This document shows, in pieces, positions 38,121 to 50,430 of a DNA stretch of 64,000 nt (position 1 is the first letter of the stretch; each line of letters begins with the position of its first letter). The translations under genes were made by a program, and so were the position numbers. Source of the DNA: Podarcis pityusensis. Lineage: Eukaryota. The stretch lies in assembly GCA_964106645.2 (NCBI GenBank), contig OZ067051.1, one strand, 5' to 3'. The notes under the pieces were generated by a model that did no database searches, was not told the DNA's origin, and worked only from the letters and a program-made list of their open reading frames with translations.

Positions 38121-38795
38121 GTATGGCGCCCCTTGCCTGGCTGTCAGCATCACTTTGCTCTGTGTCTGGTTTGCCAGGGGCAGACACACTCGCAGGGCTC
38201 CTGGGACTAGGAGGAAGCCTCTTTGTTCTCTACGGAGCATAACCACCTTCTGGGATGAACATCTGTTTCATTCCCTGATTCAGCCTGCCCGCCCTGGGGT
38301 TTGTGAGTTGGGTGCTTTTCCTTGGGGCTGAGAAACAAGGTCTTGGGGCAGCCGGTGTGGGGCTCAGCTTTCCAGTGTGGCCTCTAGGGCCCAGTTCTCA
38401 ACAGCTGAGGAGGTGAATCTGTTTCTCAGCTGCCATGTGATTTAATGCTTCTTCAATGAAAAGTGAATAAATCTCTGCACCCGGAAGAATAGCTTGTCGG
38501 AGAGAAGGCATGACTACAAACCTGCCTGACATCTTTCTTTCTTTTTTAATATTGGGTGGAAGAGCATATTCACCTTATGGGAGCCAGATCTTAATCTTGC
38601 TCATTGCAAGAGGTGGAGGTGGGGGAATGGAAGGACCAGTGATATCGTCACATTTTGCTTGAATGCTGTGTTTTTTCCAGGCTCTAATTGCAAGGGAATT
38701 TGGGAGTTGGGTGGCCTCTGATTATCCCTTCTGCGGAGAGGGAGGCTGCTGTACTGTGTCCTAAATGAGGCTTCTGTTCCCTTGTTGTCTGGCAG

Positions 38796-38888
38796 GTCAT
38801 CCTTGACGTGTCCTCATTGCCAGAAGCAGAGTAATACCTTCGACCCGTTCCTGTGCATCTCTCTGCCAATCCCCCTGCCTCACACACG
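38796..38888 (+). CDS. USP31: USP31 exon 4 (SSLTCPHCQKQSNTFDPFLCISLPIPLPHT)
   Basis: First CxxC of the USP zinc finger; gcAG/GTATGT; 93 nt. Confidence 0.96.
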
Positions 38889-39691
38889 GTATGTGTCCAT
38901 TGCCATGGGAAAAGGAGTGGGGAGGAAGAGTGTACCTTGCTCACTCATTGGCGCTTTCCTGCACACCAGGGATGTGGAACCTCTGGTTCAGGTGGCCAAA
39001 TTATTTCCTGTATAGCTCACAGATTCTTTAATAGTCTTGAGGACCCACAGTTAAATTTGGGGGTGAGGGTGGGGAAGGAACCCTCACTGTTTAAATGTGG
39101 ATTGAGCTCAAACTATAGCAATATACTGCAAATCTGCTGCTTGGTGCTGAGCGAGCAAGCAAGGGAGGGGTGTTTCCAGTTCCCCTTCCCCGCTGTCCTC
39201 GAACCCTTATAAGAATCTGCTGCAGGAGAGGGACTGTGAGCAACATCAGGGCATGCGGTATTTCTAGGACCAGGGTGAAACTCTGATTTTTGCCATTGGA
39301 TGCTGGATGTTGTTTACATAACCTTGTTATATTTATAATAGTGAAAAGTGTTTCTTTTTTGTATGTAATTAAATTTGCTGTTGTGTTTTGCTTTGTTATT
39401 ATGAAATTGTTTTGCCCTCTTTGGTTTTAAAGTGCTTTCCTGTTTTCTTTGTTGGAAGCCGCTTTGAGTATCATTTTTGGTGTGTGTGGAAAAGCGGCAT
39501 ATGAATTAATGAATAAGCTAAAGTTCTTGCAGCCTGTGGAGAGTGAGCTGCAGCTGGGCCCAGAATGTCCATGTGTGCATTAGTCCTGTTCCACCCCACT
39601 CACCTTGCTGAACCTCAGCAGATTTGCCTCCTCGTCCAACTCCCAAATGTCTGCCCTCCAAAAAGATGTGCCCTTGTTGTCCTCTCTGCAG

Positions 39692-39827
39692 GCCGTTGTA
39701 CATCACAGTGGTGTACCGAGGGAAGTGCTCCCACTGCATGCGCATCGGGGTGGCTGTGCCTCTGTCTGGAACAGTGGCGCGACTGAGAGAAGCTGTGTCC
39801 AGGGAAACCAAAATCCCCACCAAACAG
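39692..39827 (+). CDS. USP31: USP31 exon 5 (PLYITVVYRGKCSHCMRIGVAVPLSGTVARLREAVSRETKIPTKQ)
   Basis: gcAG/GTGAAT; 136 nt; phase consistent. Confidence 0.95.
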
Positions 39828-40207
39828 GTGAATGTTGGTCCTGCCAGACATCAGGGTTGAGGACATTGGGGCTGATTCTTGCAGCTGTACCACACTCACT
39901 GTTCAGCATCCAGTGACCTAAAAATGTACCAAATACCTCTTCCTGTGCAGTGTTTATGATGCGTGGCTGAGGGTGTCTCAGTGATCCCTTTTATTTCTGC
40001 ATGATTGTAGAAACCCTCAAAGTGACTGGATCCAGTTTCCCACCCCTGAGTGGAAGGATTTTGGGAAGCTGGGAAAAGCTAGGCGGGCTCTGGGCACCTT
40101 GTATTATTTTGATCTATCCAGGGGGTGTATGTAGCATTTGGGAGTCTTGCTACTTGGCCTCGGCAATGCTGCAACACAGGTACTTATTACATTCTGGCCT
40201 CCTGCAG

Positions 40208-40352
40208 ATCGTGCTCACTGAGATGTACTATGATGGGTTCCACCGCTCCTTCTCTGATTTGGATGACCTCGACACAGTGCAGGAGAGCGACTGCATCTTT
40301 GCCTTTGAGACCCCGGAGATCTACCGGCCTGAGGGGATCCTAAGCCAGAGAG
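40208..40352 (+). CDS. USP31: USP31 exon 6 (IVLTEMYYDGFHRSF...PEGILSQR)
   Basis: gcAG/GTATGT; 145 nt. Confidence 0.95.
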
Positions 40353-40674
40353 GTATGTTGGGCTGCTAGGCCATCTGTATGGCATGTGCCTGATTCCTGC
40401 AAGAGTTTTCCTTTTGCCTCCCAACCTTTCCGGAGATGTTTAACATGACTGCTCTTGGAAGGGAAGAAAAAACCTTGTTAAGTTGTGCTTTCCCCACTCC
40501 CCCGTGTTACTTCTGTTCCACGTAGGCTGAGAAAAGGCCACCTAAGAGCACGAAACATTTACCAGTGACCTCCATGTTATCTGGACTTGGCCATCAGATG
40601 GCTTCACCAGATGTGCCCCTGTATCCCTCTCTGCGGCGTGTTGACCATGAAGTCTCTTCTTCACTCTCTTTCAG

Positions 40675-40861
40675 GAATCCACGTGAACAGCAATCTGAAT
40701 CACTTGAAATATGGCCTTGACCATCCTCGGGCAGCTCCGTATACCCAAGGGAGGCTGGAGAACTCCAATACCAGGGTGGCGGCGGCAGCGGCGGCGGTAG
40801 CAAGCGATAAGCTGGTGGTGTTGGTTTGCAACCGGGCTTGTACTGGACAGCAAGGGAAGAG
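40675..40861 (+). CDS. USP31: USP31 exon 7 (GIHVNSNLNHLKYGLD...VCNRACTGQQGKR)
   Basis: ttcAG/GTAACC; 187 nt. Confidence 0.93.
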
Positions 40862-41447
40862 GTAACCGTCGCCTCGCAGGCAAGAGGCCCCCTCTAGTTC
40901 TGGTTTTGAGAGGTGTGCAGTGAACTCTGCAATTGTTTTATTTCGGCTTTTGCTTATTTAACCTGGCTTTTTAAATACTCTTTTCTACAGTATCAATTTT
41001 TAAACAGTACCATAATAATTAAAAAGTTGAATCTCTTTTGTTTTTGATGTTGTAATTCACTTTGGGCTATCAGATTAAAGTGACCTCTGTCAGATCAACA
41101 GCCAAATTATGAGTCTGTCTAGAATCATTTTCCTTGTTCCCATGGCGAGCCAAGAAGGATAAAGGGTGTCACTTGCACCCTGCTGGTGGTCTGATTGTGC
41201 TCCAACATAAAACTTTTTAGACCACATTGCAGGGATCTCTCATCAATTGTATTGAAGTCTTGTTTCTTCCTGGGCTCATTTCGAGGTGCCTCCCTGTAAA
41301 GCCCTACATTGTTTGGTGTTGTTTGTTTGTAAAGTTTGTAAAGTTTACTTATCTATTTATTTCATTTTCTAATGTATATAAAACAAAGAGAACAATTAAA
41401 CAGATGAGAATTAAAAGATGAAAAACAACACTGCACATGGGTTAAAA

Positions 41448-41704
41448 CATGAGTAGGCATACTAAGGCCCAGGGGCCGGATCTGGCCCAATCGCCTTCTA
41501 AATCCGGCCTGCGGACGGTCTGGGAATCAGTGTGTTTTTACATGAGTAGAATGTGTGCTTTTATTTAAAATACATCTCTGGGTTATTGGTGGGGCATAGG
41601 AATTTGTTCATTCCCCCCCCCCCAAAAAAAAATATAGTCCGGCCCCCCACAAGGTCTGAGGGACAGTGGACCAGTCCCCTGCTGAAAAAGTTTGCTGACC
41701 CCTG
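41448..41704. mobile_element. hAT-type MITE
   Basis: 8-bp TSD GGTTAAAA; homologous to 13951-14192. Confidence 0.85.
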
Positions 41705-41958
41705 GGTTAAAATAACAAAAACCAAATAAAGACTACCATGAACGTTGGATTACTTTGATTGTTGTTAGCCGCCCTGAGCCCAGCCTCAGCTGGGGAGGGC
41801 GGGATATAAATAAAATTTATTATTATTATTATTATTACCAGTATTATCAGATTATCAAGTACAGTTCTAGATTTGCCAAGGTTGTGACGAGGGCTGTCTT
41901 GAAAATGATGGTTCCACTGCATATGTTATAAAGGAATGCCAAAACATTTAAAAGCAAT

Positions 41959-43716
41959 TTTGTTGTTGTTGTTTAGTCGTTTAGTCGTGTCCGACTCTTC
42001 GTGACCCCATGGACCAGAGCACGCCAGGCACTCCTGTCTTCCACTGCCTCCCGCAGTTTGGTCAGACTCATGTTTGTGGCTTCGAGAACACTGTCCAACC
42101 ATCTCGTCCTCTGTCGTCCCCTTCTCCTTGTGCCCTCAATCTTTCCCAACATCAGGGTCTTTTCCAGGGAGTCTTCTCTTCTCATGAGGTGGCCAAAGTA
42201 TTGGATCAGGATCTGTCCTTCCAGTGAGCACTCAGGGCTGATTTCCTTAAGAATGGAGAGGTTTGATCTTCTTGCAGTCCATGGGACTCTCAAGAGTCTC
42301 CTCCAGCACCATAATTCAAAAGCATCAATTCTTCGGCGATCAGCCTTCTTTATGGTCCAGCTCTCACTTCCATACATCACTACTGGGAAAACCATGGCTT
42401 TAACTATACGGACCTTTGTTGGCAAGGTGATGTTTCTGCTTTTTAATATGCTGTCTAGGTTTGCCATCGCCTTTCTCCCAAGGAGCAGGCGTCTTTTAAT
42501 TTCGTGACTGCTGTCACCATCTGCAGTGATCATGGAGCCCAAAAAAGTAAAATCTCTCACTGCCTCCATTTCTCCCCCTTCTGTTTGCCAGGAGGTGATG
42601 GGCCCAGTGGCCATGATCTTCGTTTTTTTGATGTTGAGCTTCAGACCATATTTTGCACTCTCCTCTTTCACCCCCATTAAAAGGTTCTTTAATTCCTCTT
42701 CACTTTCTGCCATCAAGGTTGTATCATCTGCATATCTGAGGTTGTTGATATTTCTTCCGGCGATCTTAATTCCGGCTTGGGATTCATCCAGCCCAGCCTT
42801 TCGCATGATGAATTCTGCATATAAGTTAAATAAGCAGGGAGACAATATACAGCCTTGCCGTACTCCTTTCCCAATTTTGAACCAATCAGTTGTTCCATAT
42901 CCAGTTCTAACTGTAGCTTCTTGTCCCACATAGAGATTTCTCAGGAGACAGATGAGGTGATCAGGCACTCCCATTTCTTTAAGAACTTGCCATAGTTTGC
43001 TGTGGTCGACACAGTCAAAGGCTTTTGCATAGTCAATGAAGCAGAAGTATATGTCTTTCTGGAACTCTCTAGCTTTCTCCATAATCCAGCGCATGTTTGC
43101 AATTTGGTCTCTGGTTCCTCTGCCCCTTCGAAATCCAGCTTGCACTTCTGGGAGTTCTCAGTCCACATACTGCTTAAGCCTGCCTTGTAGAATTTTAAGC
43201 ATAACCTTGCTAGCGTGTGAAATGAGTGCAATTGTGCGGTAGTTAGAGCATTCTTTGACACTGCCCTTCTTGGGGATTGGGATATAGACTGATCTTCTCC
43301 AATCCTCTGGCCACTGCTGAGTTTTCCAAATTTGCTGGCATATTGAGTGTAGCACCTTAACAGCATCATCTTTTAAAATTTTAAATAGTTCAGCTGGAAT
43401 ATCATCACTTCCACTGGCCTTGTTATTAGCAGTGCTTTCTAAGGCCCATTTGACTTCACTCTCCAGGATGTCTGGCTCAAGGTCAGCAACCACACTACCT
43501 GGGGTATATGAGACATCCATTTCTTTCTGGTATAGTTCCTCTGTGTATTCTTGCCACCTCTTCTTGATGTCTTCTGCTTCTGTTAGGTCCTTTCCACTTT
43601 TGTCTTTTATTATGGTAATCTTTGTACGAAATGTTCATTTCATATCTCCAATTTTGTTGAACAGATCTCTGGTTTTTCCCATTCTATTGTTTTCCTCTAT
43701 TTCTTTGCATTGCTCT
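41959..43716 (-). mobile_element. BovB (RTE) LINE, 3' half: RT domain and (CAA)n tail
   Basis: QAGFRRGRGTRDQI, FIDYAKAFDCVDH, GVRQGCILSP, LRYADD, ...VHGVTKSRTRLND; one frame broken by two TGA stops (43635, 43158). Confidence 0.96.
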
Positions 43717-45115
43717 GTGGCCATTGCCTTGCCGTGGCGAAGGGGCTTGAATAACTCAGAGAAGCTATGAGCTATGCCGTGCAGGGCCACCCAAGATGGA
43801 CAGGTCATAGTGGAGAGTTTTGACCAAACGTGATCCACCTGGAGCAGGAACTGGCAAGCCACTCCAGTATCCTTGCCAAGAAAACTCCATGGACAAAGAC
43901 AACAGGCATATGAAAGTTATGACGCTGGAAGATGAGCCCCTCAGGTCGGAAGGCGTCCAACATGCTACTGAGGAAGAGCGGAGGACAAGTACAAGTAGAT
44001 TCAGAGCTGATGAAGCGGCTGGGCCAAAGCCGAAAGGACGCTCAGTTGTGGATATGCCTGGAAGCGAAAGGAAAGTCCAATGCTGTAAAGAAAAATATTG
44101 CATAGGAACCTGGAATGTAAGAACCATGAACCTGGGTAAGTTGGATGTGGTCAAAAATGAGATGGCAAGAATAAATATTGACATCCTGGGCATCAGTGAA
44201 CTAAAATTGACGGGAATGGGCGAATTCAGTTCGGATGACCATCATATCTACTACTGTGGGCAAGAATCCCGTAAAAGAAATGGAATGGCCCTCATAGTCA
44301 ACAAAAGAGTGGCGAAAGCTGTACTGGGATGCAATCTCAAAAATGATAGAATGATCTCGATACGAATCCAAGGCAGACCTTTTAACATCACAGTAATCCA
44401 AGTTTATGCACCAACCACTGGTGCTGAAGAAACTGAAATTGAGCAATACTATGAAGACTTACAACACCTTATAGAAATGAAACCAAAGAAGGATGTTCTT
44501 CTCATTATAGGGGATTGGAATGCTAAAGTAGGGAGTCAAGAGATAAAAGGAACAACTGGCAAGTTTGGCCTTGGAGTTCAAAACGAAGCAGGGCAAAGGC
44601 TAATAGAGTTCTGCCAAGAGAACAAGCTGGTCATCACAAACACTCTTTTCCAACAACACAAGAGACGACTCTACACATGGACATCACCAGATGGGCAGCA
44701 TCGAAATCAGATTGATTATATTCTCTGCAGCCAAAGATGGAGAAGCTCTGTACAGTCAGCAAAAACAAGACCTGGAGCTGATTGTGGCTCAGATCATCAG
44801 CTTCTTATAGCAAAATTCAAGCTTAAACTGAAGAAAGTAGGAAAAACCACTGGGCCGGTAACATACAATCTAAGTCAAATCCCTTATGAATACACAGTGG
44901 AAGTGAGGAACAGGTTTAAGGATTTAGATTTGGTGGACAGAGTGCCTGAAGAACTATGGATGGAGGCTTGTAACATTATACAGGAGGCAGCAACTAAAAC
45001 CATCCCAGCGAAAAGGAAATGCAAGAAAGCAAAGTGGCTGTCCAACGAGGCCTTACAAATAGCGGGGGAGAGAAGGCAAGCAAAATGCGAGGGAGATAGT
45101 GAAAGATACAGGAAA
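43717..45115 (+). mobile_element. BovB (RTE) LINE, inverted 5' half: 5'UTR and APE endonuclease
   Basis: IGTWNV, DILGISE, IQVYAPT, GDWNAKVG, QIDYIL, CGSDH motifs in an uninterrupted ORF, on the opposite strand to the RT half. Confidence 0.96.
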
Positions 45116-45952
45116 TTAAAAGCAATATAGAGTACAATTTAGAAACTAATCCATTTCTCCCTCTACCCATTGTGTTTAATAAATTTCCAAATTCTGTTAA
45201 GGGCTTTGGAACTTATGTTTTTACATGTACTTCTATAATAAAGCTATAAATTAGATTAAAATAAAGCCAGTTTGTGTTAAGGTTTGACAAAGTTAATTTT
45301 ATTTGGTTAATAGATATGTTGTTTACAAGAACTGTATACCAATAATGTGTCTAAACTCAAGCCCTAAACTTAAGACCGAGATAGTGGAAAGATTTACCTC
45401 CTCCTGTATGAAGCTGCCTACAGGTAGAATTCATCTTTTGAGACCCTGTTTTGTATCCCACCATCAAAGGAGGCTTAATTGGTGGGAACAAAAGACGGAG
45501 CCTTTTCTGTGTCTCCTCTGAGTAGGCCTAATGTTGGCTGTAACCCCAGTATTTCCCCCCTCAGTGTGATGACAGCCCTTCAGGGATTTGAAGAGAGCTT
45601 CAGAAACCTGGATGAGCCTTTTCTCTGGGCTAAATGTACATAGTTCCTCTGGCCATATGTTTACAAATAAATATAAAGGCGATAGCTTCTCTCCCAACTG
45701 AAATTAGACAGGCAGCCTCTTTGCTGAACAAAGACTTTCTTATTCCAGCAGGCTTATTAAGGTTTCCGTTTGGCTTCATACAATTCTTTGATTAACTTCT
45801 ATTGCTTTATTCTCTGCTGTTTATTTTTTATGTGCTCTGCTTAGAAATGCTAACGATTAAGCGACATAGAAATGCCTTAAGTAAATAAAATTTTAAATGG
45901 TGGGAGTCAGAAAGAGCTGCTGGTCCCTTCATGGCCTTGCTCTTATCTGCAG

Positions 45953-46064
45953 ATTTGGCCAGCCCTTTGTGCTCCATCTGGAGAAGACGATTCCTTGGGA
46001 CCTACTGCAGAAGGAGATCCTGGAGAAGATGCAGTATTACCTGCGGCCCTCAGCCTGTGTCCAG
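45953..46064 (+). CDS. USP31: USP31 exon 8 (FGQPFVLHLEKTIPWDLLQKEILEKMQYYLRPSACVQ)
   Basis: gcAG/GTAAGG; 112 nt. Confidence 0.95.
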
Positions 46065-46518
46065 GTAAGGCTGCCTGGAACTGGGCCCTCTTTACACCTT
46101 GCTTTGTTTTTCAGCATGTGTATGTGCATTTGAGAGCTGCTGCTGTAAAAAGCCAGTCTAATTGTGGTGCTAAGTAAATAGCAATATCGCTGCTTACATT
46201 GCTGGCTGCTCAATAAACTCATTGTCAAGAGTGCAGCTGGTAGTGCCTTGTGAAGTTCCTACTCCTCTTGCTTTCCATCTGCTGGAGAGCGAAGAGAGGA
46301 AGAGAAAACTCCCCTCTCAGGGTGGATGAGCCAGGCTGATGATACGTTTCTTCTGGCCCATGTTGCACTGGAGGAGCATGTGCCAAAGGGCAGGTGGGCA
46401 CACCTGTTGGGGAAAGGGAAAGCCAGCTGTGTGCCCACCTAGGAGTCTCTTTTCCTACCTGTCCTCTCCTCACCATCTCCCCCTCACAACTGCTCTTCTC
46501 ATTTCCCCTGCCATGTAG

Positions 46519-46613
46519 GTTTGTCCGTTCAGCTTGCGAGTGGTCAGCGCTGTGGGCATAACTTACCTGTTACCTCAGGAAGAGAGGCCTCTGTGCCACC
46601 TAATGGTGGAGCG
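46519..46613 (+). CDS. USP31: USP31 exon 9 (VCPFSLRVVSAVGITYLLPQEERPLCHLMVER)
   Basis: gtAG/GTGAGT; 95 nt; translated by hand. Confidence 0.93.
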
Positions 46614-47240
46614 GTGAGTGTGGTTTCCTTGTTTGTGAAGGATACGGGGCCTCAGGCCTTATGGATTTGCTTATTTTACTGGGGTGGGGAAGGGGACGGC
46701 ATCTCACCTGCCGAGAGCCGCTTCAGTCTAACAGGCACCAATGGAGCTTCTGGGCTCTTCTGCAGGCCTCGCTTCTCCTAGAAGCTGGCTGCTCTCAAGC
46801 CGTTTCTGCCTGGATTGCTGCTTGTCCTGGAGAGAGAACCATAGAATTGTAGAGTTGGAAGGGTCATCTAGTCCAAGGGTCATCTAGTCCAAGGGATATT
46901 TTGCCCAACATGGGGCTCAAACCCACAACCCTGCGATTCATAGTCTCATGCTCTACCACGAAGGAGCAGAATAAACTAGAGGGAAGCTTTCCTGTGATGT
47001 CATCTCTTGAACTGTTCCTATGGAGTGGCTATTGCTTCTTTAGTAGGCTGGTAAAGGTGGCACCCTTTGGTCTGAAGGAGAAGCCCCTGAACTCAGCTGG
47101 TTCCTGTTGTGGGGGATCTTGATGGGTTTGGCAGGTTCTTTATGGGGGTGAGAGTTAGAGAGAAAGAAAGATGCTTGTGACTAGCTTACGCACTGCTGCT
47201 TTTTGAAAGACTTTGAGTGATTGTGGTGTGTTTTCTGCAG

Positions 47241-47318
47241 GGCCCTGAAGTCATGTGGGCAAGGCGGAACTCCTCACGTGAAGCTGGTTGTGGAGTGGGA
47301 CAAGGAGACAAAAGACTA
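47241..47318 (+). CDS. USP31: USP31 exon 10 (ALKSCGQGGTPHVKLVVEWDKETKD)
   Basis: gcAG/GTAAGC; 78 nt; translated by hand. Confidence 0.93.
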
Positions 47319-47953
47319 GTAAGCATCATGTTCCATTTGGGACTTTGGGGTGGGCTCCTGGCAGGCTGTGGTTTGAAACTCCCTTTCCCACATGACTGCT
47401 GCTCTAGGGACTTCCTGCTGCTCTAGGTTTGCCTCATGTGTGTGCTTAGTTGCTTCCCAGAACAGGGCTGGGCATTCCTCAAAGCTTGTGGGATGCACTT
47501 TTACCATAACCCTGAGTTTGTTCAACATGAGCCGAGTGCAGAAGGCATCCTCTGCAAAAGACAGAACTCTGAGGCGAGGAATTTTTTATTGCTTGTATGT
47601 TTTTACAACATAGCGGAACTGAACAGAACTCACAGTCTCTCTACATGCAAATCCACTCATGGTTCCTCCAAGTTCTCGTCATGTATGTAGTATTAATTGG
47701 GGTAAGGAGTCATTTTGCTGCTCCTATTGTTAAACAGTGGAGTCAGAAACCTTTTCTGATCTAATTGCCTGGGGATTTCACGGTAAATTCCGATCTATCT
47801 TCTGCACACTCAGTAGATTAATTTACAACCTGCCAGTCACCTGCCCAAGAGTGCTTCCCAAGAAGGTTGGCAGGCAGCCTCACCCCACTTGTGTGTTTTG
47901 CTAGTCAGCCTGCAAGCACAGGAATTGTTAAATGCTGCATTTCCTTGTTGCAG

Positions 47954-48083
47954 TTTGTTCGTCAACACAGAGGATGAATATATCCCGGATGCTGAGAGTG
48001 TCCGCCAGCAGAGGGAGCTCCACCACCAGCCTCAGTCCTGCACCTTATCACAATGTTTCCAGCTCTACACCAAAGAGGAACAG
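47954..48083 (+). CDS. USP31: USP31 exon 11 (LFVNTEDEYIPDAESV...CTLSQCFQLYTKEEQ)
   Basis: gcAG/GTGAGA; 130 nt. Confidence 0.95.
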
Positions 48084-48733
48084 GTGAGAGATTCAGGGAC
48101 CTGTCAGTAGCAGCACAGGAAGTTGGACCCATTCAGCTCGGCATTGTCTATGCTGGTTAGCAGCAGCTATCCAGGGTTTCAGGCAGGGGTCTCTCCCAGC
48201 CTTCTTTGGAGATGCTACTACCGGAGATTGAACCTGGGATATCTGTGTACTAAGCAGGTGCTCTACTGTTATGGCTCTTCCCCAAATATCCCTTCCTGGA
48301 TATGGCCAGGAGGTCCCTCGTTGCGTCATGAGTGGTCAGAGAGACCCTCGTAGTTCTGTGTGCCTTCAAAGGCCGCCTCTTCCATGTGTGATTGGTCTGC
48401 TTTGGCTTTCTGTCTCCTAAAAGTGTGGCAGGCACATGTTGGGCTGGGAGCTGGTCATGGCACAGCTGCTTTGCCTGCTGTTGTTCATTGTATAAAACAC
48501 ACAGTTGTCTCATAGGAATACTTGTGGAATACAACTAGAATGGAGTATATTGAGGCGATAACTAAACATGTTGCTGTGGGGTCTTATGATGCAGGGCAAG
48601 AAGCATTTCTTATGTTTATCTTCTTCCTTTATAAAGAGTGGATGTTCATGGCATATGCTAGGGGTGTGTGTGTGTGCGTGCGTATGTGTGTGTGCCTATC
48701 TGTCTAATAGCACCCTCCTCTCTTTGCTGCTAG

Positions 48734-48853
48734 CTGGCCCCGGACGATGCATGGCGTTGCCCCCACTGTAAGCAGCTGCAGCAAGGAAGCATCACGCTGA
48801 GCCTTTGGACTTTGCCTGACGTCCTCATCATTCACCTGAAGCGCTTTCGACAG
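48734..48853 (+). CDS. USP31: USP31 exon 12 (LAPDDAWRCPHCKQLQQGSITLSLWTLPDVLIIHLKRFRQ)
   Basis: Second CxxC and the LPxxLxIHLKRF box; ctAG/GTGAAA; 120 nt. Confidence 0.96.
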
Positions 48854-49186
48854 GTGAAAGGAGGCTTGCTTGCTGGGCTGGAGGGAACTCAGGAGCCAGG
48901 GCTCTGCTTGGATTACTGCAGTGGCCCAGTGATTCCTTAGTCATGTGGGCTGTTTTCATGCAGGGGCATTGTGGCTTCCTCCGCTGTGAGGAGAGCCCTG
49001 TCTGATCAACTAAGAGGGCCAGCCTTGCAGGTGCTGAACTCCTCCTCTTTGGCATGGTTTCATTCTTGCCTTTGCCCAAGCAGCCTCTGGGGCTGGAGGG
49101 GAGTTGTGTGTGCTCGGTGCTGATGTGGCGCCTCCAGCACCACACTTCTCTGTGCTGGTTGCAACCTGCATTTCCCCTTTAAACAG

Positions 49187-49412
49187 GAAGGAGACAGAAG
49201 GATGAAGCTTCAGAACATGGTCAGGTTCCCTCTGATTGGCCTGGACATGACGCCGCATGTGGTCAAGAGAAGCCAGAGCAGCTGGAGCCTGCCGTCTCAC
49301 TGGTCCCCCTGGAGGCGCCCTTACGGCCTGGGAAGAGACCCAGAAGACTTCGTCTACGACTTGTATGCTGTGTGCAATCACCATGGCACCATGCAGGGCG
49401 GGCACTACACAG
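49187..49412 (+). CDS. USP31: USP31 exon 13 (EGDRRMKLQNMVRFP...YDLYAVCNHHGTMQGGHYT)
   Basis: His box; acAG/GTGACT; 226 nt. Confidence 0.96.
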
Positions 49413-49823
49413 GTGACTGGGCTGCGCTGCCGGTTTGGGCTCTGCTCACTGCCATGCTGCTCCTGCCTTGCACCCTCCATGACTTGCTCTGCTGACAAGG
49501 ATGTTAACAAGTGGGCAGATGGCCAATGGCTCAGAATGCCTTTGCCTGCTCAGCTGAGCCTCTCCAGCAGCCCCCCTCTCGTAGTGGTGGTGCACTTCCT
49601 TAAGGGTCTTTTTACATGGTGGCCTTAGGGGGCAAAACATGCTGCCCCCCCCAGCCCTCAGCACAGTCTAGCAGTTTAATTCTTTCCTATCTTTTTGGGG
49701 TGGTGGGGTCTTAAGAGAGCCATGACTGGGCAACAGAGACCCCGGCATGTTCCGGCTGCTGGCCCAGCAGGGCTCCCTCGTGCTCACCTCCCCCCTAACT
49801 AACTCTGGCACCTTCTCTCGCAG

Positions 49824-49982
49824 CCTATTGCAAGAACTCCATCGATGGCCTGTGGTACTGCTTCGACGACAGTGAGGTTCAGCAGCTGGCTGAGAACGAG
49901 GTGTGCAAGCAGACGGCTTACATCCTCTTCTACCAGAGGCGGACAGCCATTCCCTCCTGGTCGGCCAACAGCTCTGTGGCAG
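49824..49982 (+). CDS. USP31: USP31 exon 14 (AYCKNSIDGLWYCFDDSEV...AYILFYQRRTAIPSWSANSSVA)
   Basis: WYxFDD and AYILFY USP motifs; gcAG/GTAATG; 159 nt. Confidence 0.96.
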
Positions 49983-50159
49983 GTAATGGCCTGGAGTAGC
50001 AGCTAGTTTTGTAGCTTCCACAGAAACACCAGAAGAGCCTGGCGGCAACTGGGCCAGACCCAAGAGGGCCCACCTGTATCCCACTGTGGCCAACCAGGTG
50101 CCTTCCCTGAGAAGGGTCCACAGGCAAGAGCAAGAGGACACCAGGGAAAGATGTCCTCT

Positions 50160-50430
50160 CCTGCTGCTGGAAACTGGGGTTCTGGTTCTGAAGGTAGCTA
50201 TGGAGACTAGTAGCCATATTGGTAGCCTCATTCTCCTCCATGAATTTGTCCAATCCCCACTTTAAAGGCATCAAGTTAGTGGCCATCTTTTTCTCCTGTG
50301 GTAGAAAATTCCATAATTTAGTTATGTGCCGTGTGAAGAAAAAGTTGTTCTCTTGTTTGTACTGAATCTCCCAACGTTCATCTTGACTAAAGGTCCCCCT
50401 TGGGTTCTAGTGTTATGATGAGAGGAAAGC
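50160..50430 (-). mobile_element. CR1 LINE 3' fragment
   Basis: ...MATNLMPLKWGLDKFMEE and GRFSTNKR; similar to 9300-9480. Confidence 0.6.

Noticed and set aside
41973-45130. Divergent two-gene RT plus nuclease system (retron-like or domesticated)
   Set aside because: Both ORFs are halves of the single BovB ORF; the tail and TSD explain the layout.
46859-46895. 16-bp tandem duplication AAGGGTCATCTAGTCC
   Set aside because: Local slippage inside a SINE/CR1 tail; no sign of function.
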